In this document: positions 1 through 8,220 of the stretch, piece after piece
Position numbering within the stretch: position 1 is the first letter of the stretch
Layout: each line of letters opens with the position of its first letter
Assembly: GCA_964508365.1 (NCBI GenBank)
Contig: CAZDTP010000036.1
Location: 1-39,820, forward strand
DNA: 39,820 nt
Direction: 5' to 3'
From: an uncultured archaeon
Lineage (GTDB): Archaea > Asgardarchaeota > Lokiarchaeia > Sigyniarchaeales > SOKP01
The notes under the pieces: model-generated
Databases searched by the model: none
What the model was told of the DNA's origin: nothing
Seen by the model: the letters and a program-made list of their open reading frames with translations, nothing else
Position numbers and translations under genes: made by a program

Positions 1-589
1 AATCACATTTAGGATGAATAGGTAAACACACTTCTTGACCAAATCGTACAAATAAGCGATTCACCCTAATCCACTGGCTTTTTGGTAAAATTTCTTTTAA
101 TATTTTCTCTGTTTGCTCTGGTTTAGTTGTTTTAATCCATCCTAATCTATTTGGAATCCTATGTACATGTGTATCCACTGGGATTGCAGGAATTTTAAAT
201 GCATATACTAATACACAATTCGCCGTTTTTGCGCCTACCCCGGGTAATGAAACCAACTCGTTGAAATCACGCGGTACTTTTCCCATATAATCTTCTGAAA
301 TGATTCGAGAGACCTCTTTAATACGAGCAGCTTTCACCTTATAAAATCCTGATTTATGTACTAATTCCTCTAAAATTTCAATATTTGCGTTAGAAATATC
401 TTGCGGAGTTTTATATCTGGAAAATAATTTCTTGGTAACTTCTTCGGTACTCGAATCTCTAGTTCTTGCAGAGAGAATTGTCGATATTAATATTTTAAAG
501 GGATCATTTCTTTTCTTAGCTAATTGATCTAAATGTGCTTCCCCTACTATAGCATTTTCTATTTCATCGAAAATTTCTCCATAATTCAT
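1..589 (-). CDS. nth: Endonuclease III (HhH-GPD DNA glycosylase/AP lyase), 3'-truncated by the window edge
   Basis: Not in the ORF track; translated by hand from ATG at 589: MNYGEIFDEIENAIVGEAHLDQLAKKRNDPFKILISTILSARTRD...LVSLPGVGAKTANCVL...IPVDTHVHRIPNRLG...FGQEVCLPIHPKCD. HhH motif LPGVGxKTA with catalytic Lys, VDTHV Asp, and start of the 4Fe-4S Cys motif. Confidence 0.95.
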   Translation of the reverse strand, partial: MNYGEIFDEIENAIVGEAHLDQLAKKRNDPFKILISTILSARTRDSSTEEVTKKLFSRYKTPQDISNANIEILEELVHKSGFYKVKAARIKEVSRIISEDYMGKVPRDFNELVSLPGVGAKTANCVLVYAFKIPAIPVDTHVHRIPNRLGWIKTTKPEQTEKILKEILPKSQWIRVNRLFVRFGQEVCLPIHPKCD

Positions 590-592
590 GGT

Positions 593-2014
593 TTAGCTTG
601 AATCATCGATTTTTTCGAACACATAAAGTTTTCTTTTGAGAATTTGATTTTTTTTAGCGTCAAGGATTGCTCTTACTTGCCCTTGCTTAAATTGGAGCTT
701 TTTATTTGATTTGTTTACGATTCTATTTAAATCTAGCATTGGTACGAGTTTGAATTTGTAAAAATTTGCCATTTCTTCTATTTTTAATTGTACATCTCCT
801 CCATCGATAGTGCTAAAAACGGGTGTGATTATACTAATCCTGCCTTTTGGAGTTAAAACTTTGAAACTTTCCCTAAAAGTAGCTTTGAATAAAGGATTTA
901 ATTTCGATTCAATCAAGTCAATAATTTCAGTATAATATGGTGTTTGTTTGTAAAATGGACCCAACTCTGGTTCTGTACAAATGCCGTCAAATCTTTCAAC
1001 CTTTAAAACTGAAGATAGTTGATTTATGTCAACTCTTTTAATTTTCTCGTTTAGCATATATGGTACTGTTTCTTCAAGTTCGTTTAATAACCAGTTAAGG
1101 TTCCTTACAGTATTTTTCACTTTAGTTTCGTCAATGTCCGTTCCAAAAATTTGAAAGTCTTCAATTAAAGCAAATAATAATATTGTACCATTACCAACGA
1201 ATGGATCCAGAATTATTTTCTTCTCTCTTTGTTCATATAAGTTTAAAAAGTTTAACATTATGAGAGACAACTTTGGTGAAATAGCGCTTTTAAACTCTTT
1301 GAATGGTCTTTCCTCATCAATTTTTTTTTTAAAGTTAGGATCGTCACAAGTTAGCGTTCTTGCAATGTAAAAACCTTCTTCTGTGAATCCGAATATAATT
1401 TCAGCTCGGTCTTTATTGAACAATCCGTATTTAATAAGGTGATGAGGGAAAATTGGATTTAAATTACCGGCATCAATATTTTCTTGAGGGTATTTATAGT
1501 ATAAGGATTTTTTAGCTCCATTTTCTTTTAATAAGTTCATGATTTCTGTATTTAAAAATGGTAGGAAGTGTTTTAGGAGCACTTCAGAGTAATAATTATC
1601 ATCGTAGAGATTAGGGTAAATTGAAACAGCAAAAAATAAACTTTCATTTTTAATTCTAGGATAAACTTTTTTTAACGATGAGTCGATAACTTTAAGAATC
1701 TCTTTCCTTTTCATCTCAACCTGCTTATATTTTTCGATGGTTGATGGAAATGCATTTTGTGTGGTTTGAATATCAATGAAATCATATATCTCGGCGATTT
1801 TTTGGCATCCTCCTAGTATATATTGAAGCTCCATTAGTTTATTGATGTATAATTTATCATCATGCAAATCATCGAATTCTACAATGGCAATATTCGCCGA
1901 ATAATCCGTAATTCGACCTTTAAATTGTGGGGCATTTTTTAAAACATTGTCCAGCTCTGCTAAAGACAATTGCCAGTTAGACCCTAAAACAAATAAGAAG
2001 CGAATCATAGTCAA
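593..2014 (-). CDS. Trm11/UPF0020-like THUMP-type SAM-dependent RNA methyltransferase
   Basis: N-terminal FVLGSNWQLSLAEL, motif I ILDPFVGNGT, FGTDID, motif IV-like CTEPELGP; 473 aa. Confidence 0.7.
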   Translation of the reverse strand: MTMIRFLFVLGSNWQLSLAELDNVLKNAPQFKGRITDYSANIAIVEFDDLHDDKLYINKLMELQYILGGCQKIAEIYDFIDIQTTQNAFPSTIEKYKQVEMKRKEILKVIDSSLKKVYPRIKNESLFFAVSIYPNLYDDNYYSEVLLKHFLPFLNTEIMNLLKENGAKKSLYYKYPQENIDAGNLNPIFPHHLIKYGLFNKDRAEIIFGFTEEGFYIARTLTCDDPNFKKKIDEERPFKEFKSAISPKLSLIMLNFLNLYEQREKKIILDPFVGNGTILLFALIEDFQIFGTDIDETKVKNTVRNLNWLLNELEETVPYMLNEKIKRVDINQLSSVLKVERFDGICTEPELGPFYKQTPYYTEIIDLIESKLNPLFKATFRESFKVLTPKGRISIITPVFSTIDGGDVQLKIEEMANFYKFKLVPMLDLNRIVNKSNKKLQFKQGQVRAILDAKKNQILKRKLYVFEKIDDSS

Positions 2015-2082
2015 TTAAAAATAGGTTGCTTAGGTTTGATAAACAAGCATGTTATTAGTAGTTTTAGTTGAGGAAGAATAAG

Positions 2083-3363
2083 TTAGTCTGTACCTAATAC
2101 ATATTTAATTATTTTTATAATATCCGCTTTACGGGTATGTGGGGGTAGATTTATATCATTAGTAGTGCAAAATTTTTTCAATTGCTTTACGGTTAGACTA
2201 TTCAAATCTTCAGGTAAATCACCTATTAAATCAGCATTAGCTCGACCATTCTCTTCTGTTTCTTCTTCTGTATCTTCAGGATCTTCAGTTATCGCACGCT
2301 CATATTTTTCGCCTGAGACATTTTCAATTGCACTTATGATAAAATCCAGATCTTCTTTCCTTCTTTTCGGGAGCAGAGATATAACTTCTTCCTCTTCTGA
2401 TTCTTTAATTGTTGTTTTCTGTTCTTGTTTCCTTTGATACATATCATGTTGTAAGGTTTCCATTTCTTTCATTACTGTCTCATAATTATCTTTAAAATAT
2501 TTCAAACTAACATTTATTATATCTGAGAGATTTTCCCAACTTTTCTGTTGAACTATTGAGTCTGTCCAGTGGAATAAGTCCTTCTGTATATCTATAGTAA
2601 CTACTTTTCCTTCATAGGTAGTATCTAAAGTAAGCCACCTTAGGATATTCGCTATTATAATATCGTTATCAAAAGCAGAAAACCCGTATTCTCTTCCTAG
2701 AGAAGAGAAAATAGATAAAGTACCGAATGCTACAACTTGACCTTTGTGATATTCTGAGGCTATAAGTAATGGAACTTTAGGACAATCCTCTTCAACCCAT
2801 TGTTTTCCATCGAATCGGTTTCTCCAGCAATTCAGACCTCCTCTTACTATGACTTCAACTTTTACATTTTTTTCTTCCTTTGGCAGTTTAAGCGTTCCTA
2901 AAGAGCAAGCACTTGATAAAATTATTTTTTTTATATTTTCAGTGATAATATGCGGTTTAAAATTAACGATCATAGGTCTTTTTTGCATATTAACATAATT
3001 TACTGAATCAAAAATTTCATCATTCATAAATTCAAATCCGAAAAACCGGGTTAATTCGTTAATATTAGTTCTATTTATGTGTTCTCCACCCTTCGAGCCA
3101 ACGATTAGCAAACTTCCCCCCCTTCGAACATATTCCTCTAATACTTCTATTTCTCTCGAACTAAGATTAATATTTTTGGGTATGGACATTAAAATGGCAT
3201 TATAATTTTTAATTTTGTCTAATGAATAGAATCCTGCTTCGATTTTTCCTAATTTGTAAGCAGAAGCGAACAGGAACTGAGTGAAATCAGCATAGCTCGA
3301 AGCTTCTAAGGTTAGCATATTATTGTGGCTATAATCGAACCCAACTTTAATGTCATTTTTCAT
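2083..3363 (-). CDS. IFT52/GldG-like (GIFT) domain protein with RHH-like and C-terminal SAP/HeH-like segments
   Basis: EIEVLEEYVRRGGSLLIVGSKGGEHINRTNINELTRFFGFEFMND resembles the IFT52 N-terminal domain; aa ~253-292 VTIDIQKDLFHWTD...LSDIINVSL is RHH-like; aa ~384-424 LNSLTVKQLKKFC...RKADII is SAP/HeH/Rho-N-like. Confidence 0.65.
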   Translation of the reverse strand: MKNDIKVGFDYSHNNMLTLEASSYADFTQFLFASAYKLGKIEAGFYSLDKIKNYNAILMSIPKNINLSSREIEVLEEYVRRGGSLLIVGSKGGEHINRTNINELTRFFGFEFMNDEIFDSVNYVNMQKRPMIVNFKPHIITENIKKIILSSACSLGTLKLPKEEKNVKVEVIVRGGLNCWRNRFDGKQWVEEDCPKVPLLIASEYHKGQVVAFGTLSIFSSLGREYGFSAFDNDIIIANILRWLTLDTTYEGKVVTIDIQKDLFHWTDSIVQQKSWENLSDIINVSLKYFKDNYETVMKEMETLQHDMYQRKQEQKTTIKESEEEEVISLLPKRRKEDLDFIISAIENVSGEKYERAITEDPEDTEEETEENGRANADLIGDLPEDLNSLTVKQLKKFCTTNDINLPPHTRKADIIKIIKYVLGTD

Positions 3364-3525
3364 AATAAAATCATCCTATATAATTGTGTTCAAAAATATA
3401 ATAATTTCCACTTTTAAATATTTACAGTAAAATTATCATTTCTTTATTTCACTTATAAATAATAAAATTGTATAATATAGTCGTTTTATAAAAATAACCG
3501 TTTTACCTGAAAATAAAAAAAATGA

Positions 3526-4614
3526 TTAGATTTTAATCTTAATATCCCATCTAGCTAACAGTAGCGCTATTCCTGCTTCAATAACTATTGGTAACACCCC
3601 AACCAAAAGCATAATAATTAAAGGATTAGCCACACGAATACTTTCCTCAAAAAGACCTATTGCAACATCAAAAATAAACGCTAATATAAAAAGGAGTAGC
3701 ATATTTTTACCCATTTCTGAAAGTACAGGGACCTTAAAGTTCATTTTTTCGAATCCATAGAAAACAGCTATTAAGAAGCCAGAAGCTGCGATCGCTAGGA
3801 ATGCTAAAGATGTTGTTGCGTCGTGATGTTCTGCAGGTTGGATCCAGTCAAAACAGTAGAAAGCTATTATAAATATGCTTGCAACTGGTAAAATTCTTTT
3901 TTTAAATCCAATATTTGGATCTTCTGAATCCATTTTGTACCATTGAGAGAAACAAGTCCCCGCAATAGCAATTGCAGCATGATTTAATGAATTAAACGGA
4001 AATGGAATGGTTCCCACTCCTCCAAGCCCTTTATGCTCAAATAGTGGAGTTGCGTAGAGTATCGCATGAACGATCATTATTCCGATGCAAACATATAACC
4101 TTTTATCTGCACTTTTAGGGATCAAATACGCCAAGAGATAAGCAGCAAAACTACCAATCGCTAAATTTGCTAAGGTACCATACCATAACACTTCATCCCA
4201 AGGAATCCCGTCACCAAAAAGTAACCCCCCAATTAACCCGTCATCTAAGAATGCTAACCCATATAGGACTGCTACACGGATAATTCCATGTTTCCATGCT
4301 GCTCCAACACCTTTTTTTTCTCTTCTGCTCGTAAAAGCAATAAATGCCACAAAACCTAAGATGAACATGAAAATTTGTTGACCAATATCAATAATTGTTA
4401 TTAAAGCGGGATACCCATCATAGTATCGGAATCCGTGATTTAAAAGGGGTGGTCCTATAGGATCAGTTCCGGGAAAGTTGCCTGAGAGTGGCCATGTTAT
4501 CACTGAAATAATAAGAAAAATAATTATTAGCCCGCGAAATTGGTCTAACCATTCATATCGTTTATGCAATTGTGTTTTTTCTTCTTGTTCTTCTTCAATT
4601 TTTTGTTCAGCCAT
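3526..4614 (-). CDS. HGSNAT/NagX-like (DUF1624/DUF5009) multi-pass membrane acyltransferase
   Basis: N-terminal RYEWLDQFRG motif (RxxxLDxxRG), LNHG, about 10 hydrophobic segments. Confidence 0.7.
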   Translation of the reverse strand: MAEQKIEEEQEEKTQLHKRYEWLDQFRGLIIIFLIISVITWPLSGNFPGTDPIGPPLLNHGFRYYDGYPALITIIDIGQQIFMFILGFVAFIAFTSRREKKGVGAAWKHGIIRVAVLYGLAFLDDGLIGGLLFGDGIPWDEVLWYGTLANLAIGSFAAYLLAYLIPKSADKRLYVCIGIMIVHAILYATPLFEHKGLGGVGTIPFPFNSLNHAAIAIAGTCFSQWYKMDSEDPNIGFKKRILPVASIFIIAFYCFDWIQPAEHHDATTSLAFLAIAASGFLIAVFYGFEKMNFKVPVLSEMGKNMLLLFILAFIFDVAIGLFEESIRVANPLIIMLLVGVLPIVIEAGIALLLARWDIKIKI

Positions 4615-4750
4615 TTTTTTTTCATCACTTTTTATTTTTTAAATCTTAAAATTAAATATGGCATTTACTAGTTTTGATGCTTTTTAATTTAATACTATCG
4701 CTTCAAAAAAAAGCAAAGTTATTATAATATTAGAACGAATTAAAAATAAT

Positions 4751-4758
4751 TTTATAAA
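4751..4758 (+). promoter_or_regulatory. Candidate archaeal TATA box for a leaderless MFS transcript
   Basis: TTTATAAA starting 28 nt upstream of ATG 4779; weak because the whole intergenic region is AT-rich. Confidence 0.3.
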
Positions 4759-4778
4759 TATTTTAAAAATGAGTATCT

Positions 4779-6233
4779 ATGAAGAAGAGAGAGCTAATTT
4801 CTTTATTTTTCTTTTTGTCGTTAATTTTAATCATTATTATGGATAGTGCGTTATTTCTACCTAATGAAGTCTTAATTGCAGCTGATTTGGGAATATATTT
4901 TGACTCTTTAGGCATAATTATTAGTATCTATACAATCACAAATGGTATTTCAATTCTTATATTCGGATATTTAACCGATATGATAGAGAGAAAAAAGATT
5001 CTAATCCTTGCTGGAGTATTATGGTCATTAACAGCAATAATGCATATATTTGTGCAAGACTTTTGGCAATTATTGCTCGTCAGGATCGTAGCAGCAATCG
5101 CCGTAAGTGTAACCACTCCACTTGTAGTCTCTTATTTAGCAGACATAATCTCGTCCGATTCACGCTCTAAATCTTTTGCGTTTTGGGGCTTAATAACAAG
5201 CATAGGAACATTAGTTGCAGGAGTAATCGCTTTAGCGTTTAACGCTATTGATTTTGAAGCTATTGATTTACCCCTCCTTGAAAAAATTGACTTTATTGCC
5301 CTCAATTATTCCAATATATTATATACTTGGAAACTTCCATATTTTTATCTCGGTATCATAGCTCTCATATTTACAATCCTTAATTATTTTATTACCATAG
5401 AGCCTAAAAGAGCCGCAAAAGAAAAACAATTAGAAGAGGTTTTTTCAGATGAAAAGATCCAGTATTCCTATAAGATCAAATTATCAGATTTAAAATTCGT
5501 CTTTAAAAGGAAATCAAATTTCTTCTTGATGTTTAATTTTTTTGATGTGATTGCCTCAGGATTAGTATTAGCCTATATTTTCCCTTACATCCAGCTTGAA
5601 ATTGGTGTTAGCGTTATCGATATCAAGGTAATCATTCTGTTTCTATTCATAATTGTCTTGGGATTAATAATTGGACAATTTTGGCTCGCACATTTGGGAG
5701 ATAAAAAAGTTCAACGCGGAGATCTTTCTGGTAGGGTAAAAATAGCGGTTATTTGTTCGATTTTGAATTTACCCTTCTTTTTATTTGGATTTGCGATGAC
5801 ACCTAATGTTGCAAACTCTACTTTTTTCTTTGGTACTTTATTGGTCAACGAGATTGGATTTTGGGTTTTATGGTTAGTATATTGTTCGTTTCTAGGTGTA
5901 GGTCTCGCTTTCACTATGGGAATTGGTCCTAATTGGTATAGTTCTCTTATTGATGTTAATTTCCCGGAGAATCGAGGAACAATGGTTGCAGTGGGGTCCT
6001 TTATAGATTCCATTGGACGAGCTTTAGGTGCAGTTATAGGTGGTTTCGTGGTAACACTAACTGGTAGTTTTTCTGCGACAATCTTTTGGTCTTTTCTAAT
6101 ATTTGGGATTTTCTCTACTTGCTTATGGATTCCACTCTTCTTTACTGCTAAAAAAGATTATGTGGAAATAAACGATGCTATGAAAAATAGGGCACTATTG
6201 TTAAGTAAAAAGCAACCAGAAGAATCCCGCTAA
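4779..6233 (+). CDS. MFS transporter (Spinster/ACS-like, 12 TM)
   Basis: Motif A GYLTDMIERK, loop motif LADIISSDSRSKSF, second-half DVNFPENRGT; extended loop after TM5. Confidence 0.9.
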   Translation: MKKRELISLFFFLSLILIIIMDSALFLPNEVLIAADLGIYFDSLGIIISIYTITNGISILIFGYLTDMIERKKILILAGVLWSLTAIMHIFVQDFWQLLLVRIVAAIAVSVTTPLVVSYLADIISSDSRSKSFAFWGLITSIGTLVAGVIALAFNAIDFEAIDLPLLEKIDFIALNYSNILYTWKLPYFYLGIIALIFTILNYFITIEPKRAAKEKQLEEVFSDEKIQYSYKIKLSDLKFVFKRKSNFFLMFNFFDVIASGLVLAYIFPYIQLEIGVSVIDIKVIILFLFIIVLGLIIGQFWLAHLGDKKVQRGDLSGRVKIAVICSILNLPFFLFGFAMTPNVANSTFFFGTLLVNEIGFWVLWLVYCSFLGVGLAFTMGIGPNWYSSLIDVNFPENRGTMVAVGSFIDSIGRALGAVIGGFVVTLTGSFSATIFWSFLIFGIFSTCLWIPLFFTAKKDYVEINDAMKNRALLLSKKQPEESR

Positions 6234-6238
6234 TAACT

Positions 6239-7018
6239 TCAATTAGTAAGCAATGATTCTTCTTTAATTTTTAGGAGTTTTTTACTCCATTTTGGAAGAA
6301 TAAATCCGAGATAGAAGAAGAAATTAGCTACCACTAAGATACTTCTCATTAAAACTAATAAAAAGGGAGTCATTTCAATTATGGCGTCAGATATAGCAGA
6401 GATACCAAAAAATAAAAAAGCAACCAGAAGAAACCTTCCTTTCCATCTTATCTCGGGATGTTCTTCTTTATTCATAGATTTTGCTGCAAAATGAAATCCT
6501 GTTATACAAGCAGTCAAAATACTCAAACCTAAAAATATCAATACGAAGCCCTTATAATCTATATCCATAGGATTAATCGAATCATTTATAACTCCTAATA
6601 ACGAATCAACAGGTGCTCCAGGAGCTAATATGAGGAAATAAAATATATACAATTCAAAAAAAATCGATAATATTCCATATATAATTAGGACTGGCTTCTT
6701 TCTTTTTGGATTCACTGTAGACAAATATACATTTAACCAAGCTATAATAGCAATAGGTATGGCTAGGGTGCCAATAAGAACATATGCTTGGTAAATTAGA
6801 AACTCTCCGGTGATAATCCAAAATAAATATCCAAATCCACTTGGATACCAAGGAGATGCTGTAAAAATTATGCATAAGAAGAAATTAAATATTAAAAACT
6901 GTCTAGTTTTAAAATACTTTATCAAAACAATGAAACCTAAAAGATATGTTATTGATACGGAAATTAGGGCGGTTAAACCTGAAACTTTTGCTAATTCACT
7001 TAGAACTTGAAAAAACAT
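6239..7018 (-). CDS. Orphan 7TM membrane protein (HisKA_7TM-like sensor module without output domain)
   Basis: Seven hydrophobic segments, basic loop KSMNKEEHPEIRWKGR before TM6. Start placed at ATG 7018 after an AAGGTAGA element; the track's TTG at 7039 is the alternative. Confidence 0.65.
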   Translation of the reverse strand: MFFQVLSELAKVSGLTALISVSITYLLGFIVLIKYFKTRQFLIFNFFLCIIFTASPWYPSGFGYLFWIITGEFLIYQAYVLIGTLAIPIAIIAWLNVYLSTVNPKRKKPVLIIYGILSIFFELYIFYFLILAPGAPVDSLLGVINDSINPMDIDYKGFVLIFLGLSILTACITGFHFAAKSMNKEEHPEIRWKGRFLLVAFLFFGISAISDAIIEMTPFLLVLMRSILVVANFFFYLGFILPKWSKKLLKIKEESLLTN

Positions 7019-7130
7019 TTTCTCTACCTTTAAAATCAAATATTTCTCTATTGGGGATGGTAATTAAATATATCACAAATTAAAGTTATTTAAATTTATT
7101 TTTATACAAAAAGGGGAAATATGTTTGAAA

Positions 7131-7991
7131 TCATTTTTTATATACTTTTATATCAAAAACAGCATGGTATAAACCAGGACCGTAACTTTTTACAAATCTT
7201 TTTGTTAATAGATCGCATTTATAATCACTTTTTTCTGCGATCTCTTTAAATTCATTAAATAAATCTATGTACTTTTCCCTATCAGCAATCCCCTCATAAT
7301 GGTATATTGTCCCTTCAACTTTTGTTAATGTTAAAGCTTCTCTTATGAAATCCTTTGGGGCGGGAAATACACCCATAATAACGCGATCAGCTTTAACTCC
7401 TGATTGGCTTAGCTCTATTACTTCTTCCTTACTGTCGCCATTAATTGGTATAATAATATCCTCAAAATGATTGAGTTTGATATTCTCAATTAAATACTTA
7501 AAAGACTCTGGATTCAGCTCTATACTATAAATCCTTTTAGGTTTTGAGTGTTTAGCTATAGGTAAAGAGAAATAACCAATCCCAGCGAACATATCAACGA
7601 TTATTTCACCATCTTTTACTAAGCTTGCTAAAAACTTACGTTCATTAATATTACCTTTACTGAACATTATTTTTGTTATATCAAATTGATATTTTATCCC
7701 ATGCTCTTTATGCTCTACAATAGGATTTTCCTCTCCTAGAAGATATATTATATTTTCTGGTTCTCTAAATTGACCTTTAATAGCTCCTAAATTTAGATAT
7801 ACTGATTTAATATAATTTGGCAATAATTCAAAGTATTTTTCAGCTATTAGAGTCTTCTTTTCCATCAATCCAGGATTAAGTTTTAAAATTACAATATGAC
7901 CAATAGTCTGAAAACCTCGAGGTAATAGAGACAACTCTTCCTCTGAAAGTTCATCTTTCAATCTTTCTTTTAGATTTGCTTTAAATCCCAT
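7131..7991 (-). CDS. taw2: tRNA(Phe) wyosine-pathway aminocarboxypropyltransferase Taw2/TYW2 (Met-10/Trm5 family)
   Basis: LPRGFQTIGHI, FDITKIMFSKGNINER, VDMFAGIGYFS, IELNP, DRVIMG; short length and MFSxxNxxER pattern favour Taw2 over Trm5. Confidence 0.75.
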   Translation of the reverse strand: MGFKANLKERLKDELSEEELSLLPRGFQTIGHIVILKLNPGLMEKKTLIAEKYFELLPNYIKSVYLNLGAIKGQFREPENIIYLLGEENPIVEHKEHGIKYQFDITKIMFSKGNINERKFLASLVKDGEIIVDMFAGIGYFSLPIAKHSKPKRIYSIELNPESFKYLIENIKLNHFEDIIIPINGDSKEEVIELSQSGVKADRVIMGVFPAPKDFIREALTLTKVEGTIYHYEGIADREKYIDLFNEFKEIAEKSDYKCDLLTKRFVKSYGPGLYHAVFDIKVYKK

Positions 7992-8042
7992 CTCTTCTCA
8001 GTGATATGATTGTTAATTCATCAAGACTTTAATTAAACATAA

Positions 8043-8094
8043 ATTTTAGCCTCAATCTCAATCTTAGGCTATCTAAGCCTAATAAGCCTAATAA
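8043..8094. promoter_or_regulatory. Array of AGCCT/AGGCT half-sites including the 19-bp dyad TTAGGCT-atcta-AGCCTAA (candidate operator)
   Basis: Half-sites at 8048, 8066, 8076 and 8085; inverted repeat 8064-8082; tandem TAAGCCTAA x2 at 8074-8091; lies between divergent taw2 and the acyl-CoA ligase. Confidence 0.4.
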
Positions 8095-8220
8095 TTTAAT
8101 TATTTAATGATAAATATTATTAGAATCAAATTTAATGCATATCAAAGATATTAAAATAAAGAAGTATTTTATTTTTTAACTAAATTAACATCATAAATTA
8201 ATTAAAAATGATGAATAAAT

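Noticed and set aside
1321-1330. A10 run (minus strand TTTAAAAAAAAAA) inside the Trm11-like gene as a programmed frameshift or phase-variation site
   Set aside because: The frame is intact (PNFKKKIDE) and continues to the SAM motif; A-runs are expected from Lys codons in an AT-rich genome.
2165-2437. Ser-rich 90-aa plus-strand ORF
   Set aside because: Antisense shadow of the acidic Glu-rich linker of the real minus-strand gene.
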